Source: Paraphysomonas bandaiensis
Taxonomy: Eukaryota; Protista; Chrysophyceae
Assembly (NCBI GenBank): GCA_965644295.1
Contig: CBFFRP010000049.1
Location: 1 to 64,000, forward strand
Length of the DNA: 64,000 nt
Direction of reading: 5' to 3'
A program made the translations under genes and the position numbers. Shown here in pieces: positions 59,081 to 64,000 of this stretch (positions are counted from its first letter, which is position 1; the number at the start of each line of letters is the position of its first letter). Below the pieces are notes generated by a model. The model was not told where the DNA came from and made no database searches. It worked only from the letters and a program-made list of their open reading frames with translations.

Positions 59081-59355
59081 AAATAAGATACATAGCTAAT
59101 TATTGTTTAGCCTTTGAGGAAAGATATATTATTTCGTAGGTAAAGATTAATTACAATAAACTTCATATGAGGAATAAAGCTGAATAGTATAATAGCAAGA
59201 CTCGGTTGAATGGAGCATTCGAACCAATCAAACATTAGCCTGCAGCAGTCGCGTATCTTATATAGTTATATAGTACGGTAATTATTCAGTCAATTGATAT
59301 TTCATTGATAGTAATTATCTTGTTGCATTCACGCGTTAATTGATGCACGTGAATA
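59081..59355 (-). repeat. Diverged solo LTR related to Copia-C
   Basis: Collinear blocks shared with 50258-50515: aaataagat, aatagtataatagcaagac, cagtcgcgtatc, ggtaattattcagtc, attcacgcgttaa. Confidence 0.75.
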
Positions 59356-59524
59356 AATGCAGAGGAATGTTTTTTTATGAACACGATCATTCCGCAAAAA
59401 TATGGTTAGGTGGCTTAACAGCAAGGGATTAAACTAAACTACAACTGCAGTGGCAGACATGAAGAATTACACGAATAACAGCTCCTGAACATAAAATTAT
59501 TTGAACTCTATACTATGGGCACTA

Positions 59525-60999
59525 TCATATTTTATTTACTGCTTCTTTTTTCGTGACATTACCGCACCTACAAAATTGTCTGGGTGCTACATGTATTTTT
59601 TCTTGTGCGTTTTTAATTTCAATTAAAAGATAATGTACATGGCTTTGAAAATCCAATAAACCTTGGTGACTCGAGCGAACAATTGACTCATTACGAGGGT
59701 CCAAAGTTGTCAGCTTATTGACATGAGTAAACATGCCTTCCAGTGCCAAGTCCACCGCATCAATGAATGGCGGATCCCACCTACGATACGAGCTGATAAG
59801 TATGGACGACAACACTGACAACAACATGCATGGTATCACCTTGTCTCGCGGTCATTGCTCTCGAATAAACGTAGTGGAGGGATAGAATATTGAATTAGTG
59901 GGACAAGCTTATGTATAAGCCTTCGTTTAAGATCTCTTAAATCAGGGGGACATAGAAAACGGATGTGTTCGGTCAAAGTTCTGCTCTTGCACCGGCAGCG
60001 CGTATACATCACACTTACACTATCTACAAGTGCATCTGTCAGATGCCAATAGTACTTCCCACGCATATCGTCAGCGTTTGTGAGTATTGGGATACATCCC
60101 GCGGCAATAATATCAAAAAAATTAAAAGAATTTGCAATGCAGAAATGGGACTGGGAGTACACGAGGGCACGTCGAGTATTTTCAAGTGATGAAGTACGAT
60201 GATCATACTGTATATAATGACAATAGTCTCTTGATATCAGACAGAGCCGTCGCATAATAGGCAAGTGGTCATTTCTCTTAACTCCAGTGTCCACTAAAGA
60301 CACCATATATGTCCGCTCCTCTTCCGTGATAGCAAACCATGGTGCAGCACGGATTCCTTCCACCCAGTGGTATATAGACGGTGGAGGCATAGCCACATAT
60401 GACATATGTGAGATACCAGGTAGTTGGGGCACTTTACTTTGCTTCCATGTGCAAGTAATAATACACTTCTGACAAGTCATTTTCAAGAATGCACTGCATC
60501 GTTTGGCAATAGGATGATCTCGCCCATATCCCCACAGAACAACATGATCCTGCCCATTATGTCTCTTGAAATATATCTGAGACTTGAGAAATTTTACCAG
60601 ATATTTTGTATATCTCTCTGTACATAAGAAACGATGTTCACATATTTTGCTAATATATCCATCTAGTGTAATATCATATGGAATAATAAATAAAGACGCC
60701 TTTGAAGGGTCGTATGTACGTCTATGACTGTATCTTAATCGGTTATATACATTATTAAATAAACTATATTTCCATGTCATAAATATCCCTTTGTTTATAT
60801 CTATAGTCTCTCCTATACCTGAGTTTAATGAGTGATTCCATGTTACTAAACTGTCGGATGGACATGGCTGATCGGGCCATCCCCACCATAAGTTAAACTT
60901 TAGTTCATAGATGTAATAGAGTTGTTGGGATGTATTAGAATGGGTGAATGGAGTAATTGAGGGGAGGAGAAGGAGAAGGAAGGTATATGATTGCATCAT
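59525..60999 (-). CDS. Exostosin-family glycosyltransferase (GT47), 2 exons
   Basis: Signal/anchor MMQSYTFLLLLL; RRTYDPSKASLFIIPYD, YFKRHNGQDH, SHFC, AAGCIP; intron 59781-59839 joins ETR to WDPPFIDAV. Confidence 0.85.
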
Positions 61000-61438
61000 G
61001 TGAGGTAGTGTGTTTGTTTGAAAGGTATGGAAATGGAGATGCATTGGATGGTAAGATGATGCAATTGGCAGTTGAGTGATTGTACACACATAAGTACATA
61101 GTCGTATATACACAGGTACGTATACATAAGTACATGTATATATACAAAGGTACATATGATACGAGTAGTACACATAGACATACTGTAGGTACACTGTAGA
61201 TAGGTACCACATGTCTGCCTGTACCTATGAGTGGGGGTATATATACAGGTACACTGTACACCTCACCACATATACACCAGCAGTATAGAGGTACATATAC
61301 ATACATACATACAGATATGTCCATACATACACTCTACAATCACCACTCCACCCATTTCCATTGCATTCAATTGCACACTATATCAACATACCAAAACCAT
61401 TCGACCTCATATACACATCCACCTATTCACCCATTGCA

Positions 61439-62344
61439 ATGTTACTAGATATTCCTCTAGAACTCCTTCTCCCAACGGCTCTATTCATCATATGTATGCT
61501 ATGTTTTTTTTATAAGTCCCCTCTATTTGAAGGTCAAGATAAATCTAAAGCACTGGTTATGGAAGAATCTCTCACCCCTCAACCACATAAAGAAGACCTC
61601 AGAGTGTTGAATCCTGCAACATTTAAGAAATTTAAGTTGATTCAAACTGTAAATGTATCTCATAATACGAAATTGTTACGATTTGAAATCGAAAGCGGAA
61701 AAGCTCTCAGTCTGCCAATCGGTCGGCATATTTCAGTCATGGTACATCTCGATGGACAGAAAATTATTCGGCCTTACACGCCTGTCTCAAGGCCAGATGA
61801 ATTAGGACACTTTGAGTTATTGATTAAGTCATATGCTAATGGTAAAATGAGCTCCTATCTATGTGGAATGTCTGAAGGAGAGATGCTTGAAGTACGAGGA
61901 CCTGTTGGCCGCTTCAAGTACACTCCTAATATGTACAAACGTATGGGATTGATATGTGGTGGCACGGGACTGACTCCATGCCTACAAGTGGCAAGTTGCA
62001 TATTAGAAGGCGAACATGCAGAGGAAGAGGAGACTTGCTTGACTCTTATGTATCAGAATAGAACAGAAGAAGATATACTTCTTCGGAAGAGACTAGAACA
62101 TCTTAAGGCAAAATATCCAACTCGTTTTGAGGTGTTATATTTTCTAAGCAACCCCCCAAAGTCATGGGGTAAAGCGGATAATGAGTTCAGAGGATACATA
62201 GACGAAGATGCAATCATGCGTGATATTCGAACGAAGGAGTGCCAACACATAGGCATTTGCGGGCCGTCAGGGTTCAACGAGAAAATGGTAGAACACTTAG
62301 TTGCTGTTGGATATGAGAAAGATAAGAATATATACATTTGGTAG
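61439..62344 (+). CDS. CYB5R: NADH-cytochrome b5 reductase
   Basis: N-terminal membrane anchor; LPIGRHI, RPYTPVS, GKMS, GP.G, GGTGLTP, CGP motifs; likely start at 61439 rather than 61361. Confidence 0.93.
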   Translation: MLLDIPLELLLPTALFIICMLCFFYKSPLFEGQDKSKALVMEESLTPQPHKEDLRVLNPATFKKFKLIQTVNVSHNTKLLRFEIESGKALSLPIGRHISVMVHLDGQKIIRPYTPVSRPDELGHFELLIKSYANGKMSSYLCGMSEGEMLEVRGPVGRFKYTPNMYKRMGLICGGTGLTPCLQVASCILEGEHAEEEETCLTLMYQNRTEEDILLRKRLEHLKAKYPTRFEVLYFLSNPPKSWGKADNEFRGYIDEDAIMRDIRTKECQHIGICGPSGFNEKMVEHLVAVGYEKDKNIYIW

Positions 62345-62884
62345 TGTTGTGGATAATTGCTATGTAGAGTTCTGATGTGCCTGCAACAATGTCAATCCAA
62401 TAGTCGTCAGAGTGATTCAAGCTTGAATAAGTGATCGCATTTGAAGTTTGTCATATTATTTGCTGAGTAGCATTAAGAAATAAGAAAGCTGATCTTAACT
62501 ATATGTCAGCTGATTATAGCAACTGATAAGAAAATAACGGTTAATAACTAATAGAAATATTTCTCCCTGTCAGCAACAATGTAGGTTTGTAAATTATTTG
62601 CTACAGTTGTCGTAAAATAAGAACTGGTTAGGTAATTTTGTACTCGAAGTATATCTTTTGCTATGAATTTCAAATTAGTTATGTGATAATTGAATCATCG
62701 ATATTGGACTTAAAAATGTGGCGCATAAATGAAGTAAACATAAAGCCTACTATAAGATTTTTGCAGCAACGACAACTTACACATCAAAACCTAGAATTAT
62801 ATATTCTAAATTAAAAGTCTGATAGCAATAGCATAATAGTCATATTAGCAGCATCCCAGCAGAACAATGCATATGGAGACGGAA

Positions 62885-64000
62885 TTACTCAACTACAATA
62901 ATTTCAGTCCAATCACCGTGTTGAAGATTGCACATTGGCTCCATATCAATGAAGGATCCCACTAACGGTGGTGAAGTGGACCCATCAGACGAAGAGCAAC
63001 ATACACTGCCATATTCCTCAGCAAGTATGGAGTCGTTAGAAGGGTGTGAAGCATGGAGGTTGCAAGTAGATTCATCGCCCATATCATAGAGAGAAGGCCA
63101 AGGAGAATCGTCCACTATCACTGTCTCGTAGTACCCAAATCCATTAAACACAGTTGCCATGGACCGACCATAGGCCCCAATGTTCCCCCATTCAAGGTAG
63201 TCTCCTTCCTCAAGGCCAGCGGGCAGCAGCAATGTCTCCGGAAATTTGTCAGCACTGTCACAAGTCGGACCGTAGATGATATACTCCACCTGCTCAATGC
63301 CTACCTCTACCTCAACGCCAGACGCTTTCACGACGCGAACCGGGTATTTCCACTGTTCATGGACGACGTCATAAAGTGCACCATAAGAACCATCATTGAG
63401 ATAGAGGGCAACAGCGTTTGTCCCCCTTTTAACACCTTCAATGCGAGTGAGTAGGCCCTCCCCTTCGGCCGAAAGACCTCTACCAGGTTCACACCAAAGG
63501 GTGGCCGTCGAAAATACATCCAGATCCTTAACGGCCTTGCTCACAGCTTCAATGTACTCCACCATCGGGGGAGGACAGTCCATGTCGTAGACAGACGGGA
63601 ATCCACCACCAACATCAACAATGTCGATGGACACATCTCCCAAAGCACGAATCTGAGACGCCACACTAGAGAGAGCCAATTCGTACGCCTGAGGTTTCAT
63701 AGACTGACTCCCGACGTGGAAAGAAATACCCAACTTTGAGGCATACTTCCTTGCTTCGCGCAGAAGAGTTGGAGCTTGATCCGGATGCACTCCAAACTTT
63801 CCCGTTAACGGCAGTGAGGAACCATAATTAGACACCGCAAAGCGAACAATTAGAATCAAATCAGATGCAAAATTAGTTGCCTCTAATATTTTATCCAATT
63901 CTTCTTGTGAATCTAATACATAACGTCGCACACCATATTCATTATACACACGTGTGATCACACCACGATTTTTGATAGGATGCATAAATGCTAATTTTGC
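62885..64000 (-). CDS. ODC: Ornithine decarboxylase (fold-type III PLP enzyme), 5' end outside window
   Basis: KFG, SFHVGSQ, DVGGGF, CEPGR, LNDGSYG, YGPTCDSAD, GAYG...FNGF. Confidence 0.9.
   Translation of the reverse strand, partial: AKLAFMHPIKNRGVITRVYNEYGVRRYVLDSQEELDKILEATNFASDLILIVRFAVSNYGSSLPLTGKFGVHPDQAPTLLREARKYASKLGISFHVGSQSMKPQAYELALSSVASQIRALGDVSIDIVDVGGGFPSVYDMDCPPPMVEYIEAVSKAVKDLDVFSTATLWCEPGRGLSAEGEGLLTRIEGVKRGTNAVALYLNDGSYGALYDVVHEQWKYPVRVVKASGVEVEVGIEQVEYIIYGPTCDSADKFPETLLLPAGLEEGDYLEWGNIGAYGRSMATVFNGFGYYETVIVDDSPWPSLYDMGDESTCNLHASHPSNDSILAEEYGSVCCSSSDGSTSPPLVGSFIDMEPMCNLQHGDWTEIIVVE

Noticed and set aside
1-64000. tRNA/rRNA genes or a non-standard genetic code
   Set aside because: No cloverleaf or rRNA-like sequence recognised; long ORFs and spliced genes read cleanly in the standard code

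Overview
AT-rich eukaryotic nuclear DNA with short GT-AG introns and (CATA/TATG)n-rich introns and promoters. The gene content suggests a protist, probably a stramenopile (inference). Host genes: AP-4 accessory protein tepsin, a one-repeat-per-exon ankyrin protein, a secreted Fn3-associated/beta-repeat protein, a fucosyltransferase-like GT, a TPR-sulfotransferase, a SnoaL/NTF2 protein, a small CS-like protein, a cyclin Y-like cyclin, an exostosin GT47, NADH-cytochrome b5 reductase and a bacterial-type ornithine decarboxylase. Three intact, very young Ty1/copia elements (matching LTR pairs, 5-bp TSDs) have non-canonical TA...TA or TA...TT termini and share an unannotated domain after integrase. 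Decayed gypsy and copia remnants occupy the 5' end. The most unusual structures are: (i) an intronless 1505-aa repeat-ARM-TKL kinase gene next to a decayed bacterial IS66 transposase with its right end intact, enclosed by ~210-bp inverted and ~600-bp direct repeats, suggesting captured bacterial (possibly endosymbiont) DNA placed behind a host-type upstream region; (ii) a 565-bp near-perfect hairpin built from a copia integrase fragment, a candidate anti-TE siRNA source; (iii) a 2.8-kb inverted-repeat-flanked unit carrying a spliced Tudor-like gene. All calls are by eye; no database searches were run.
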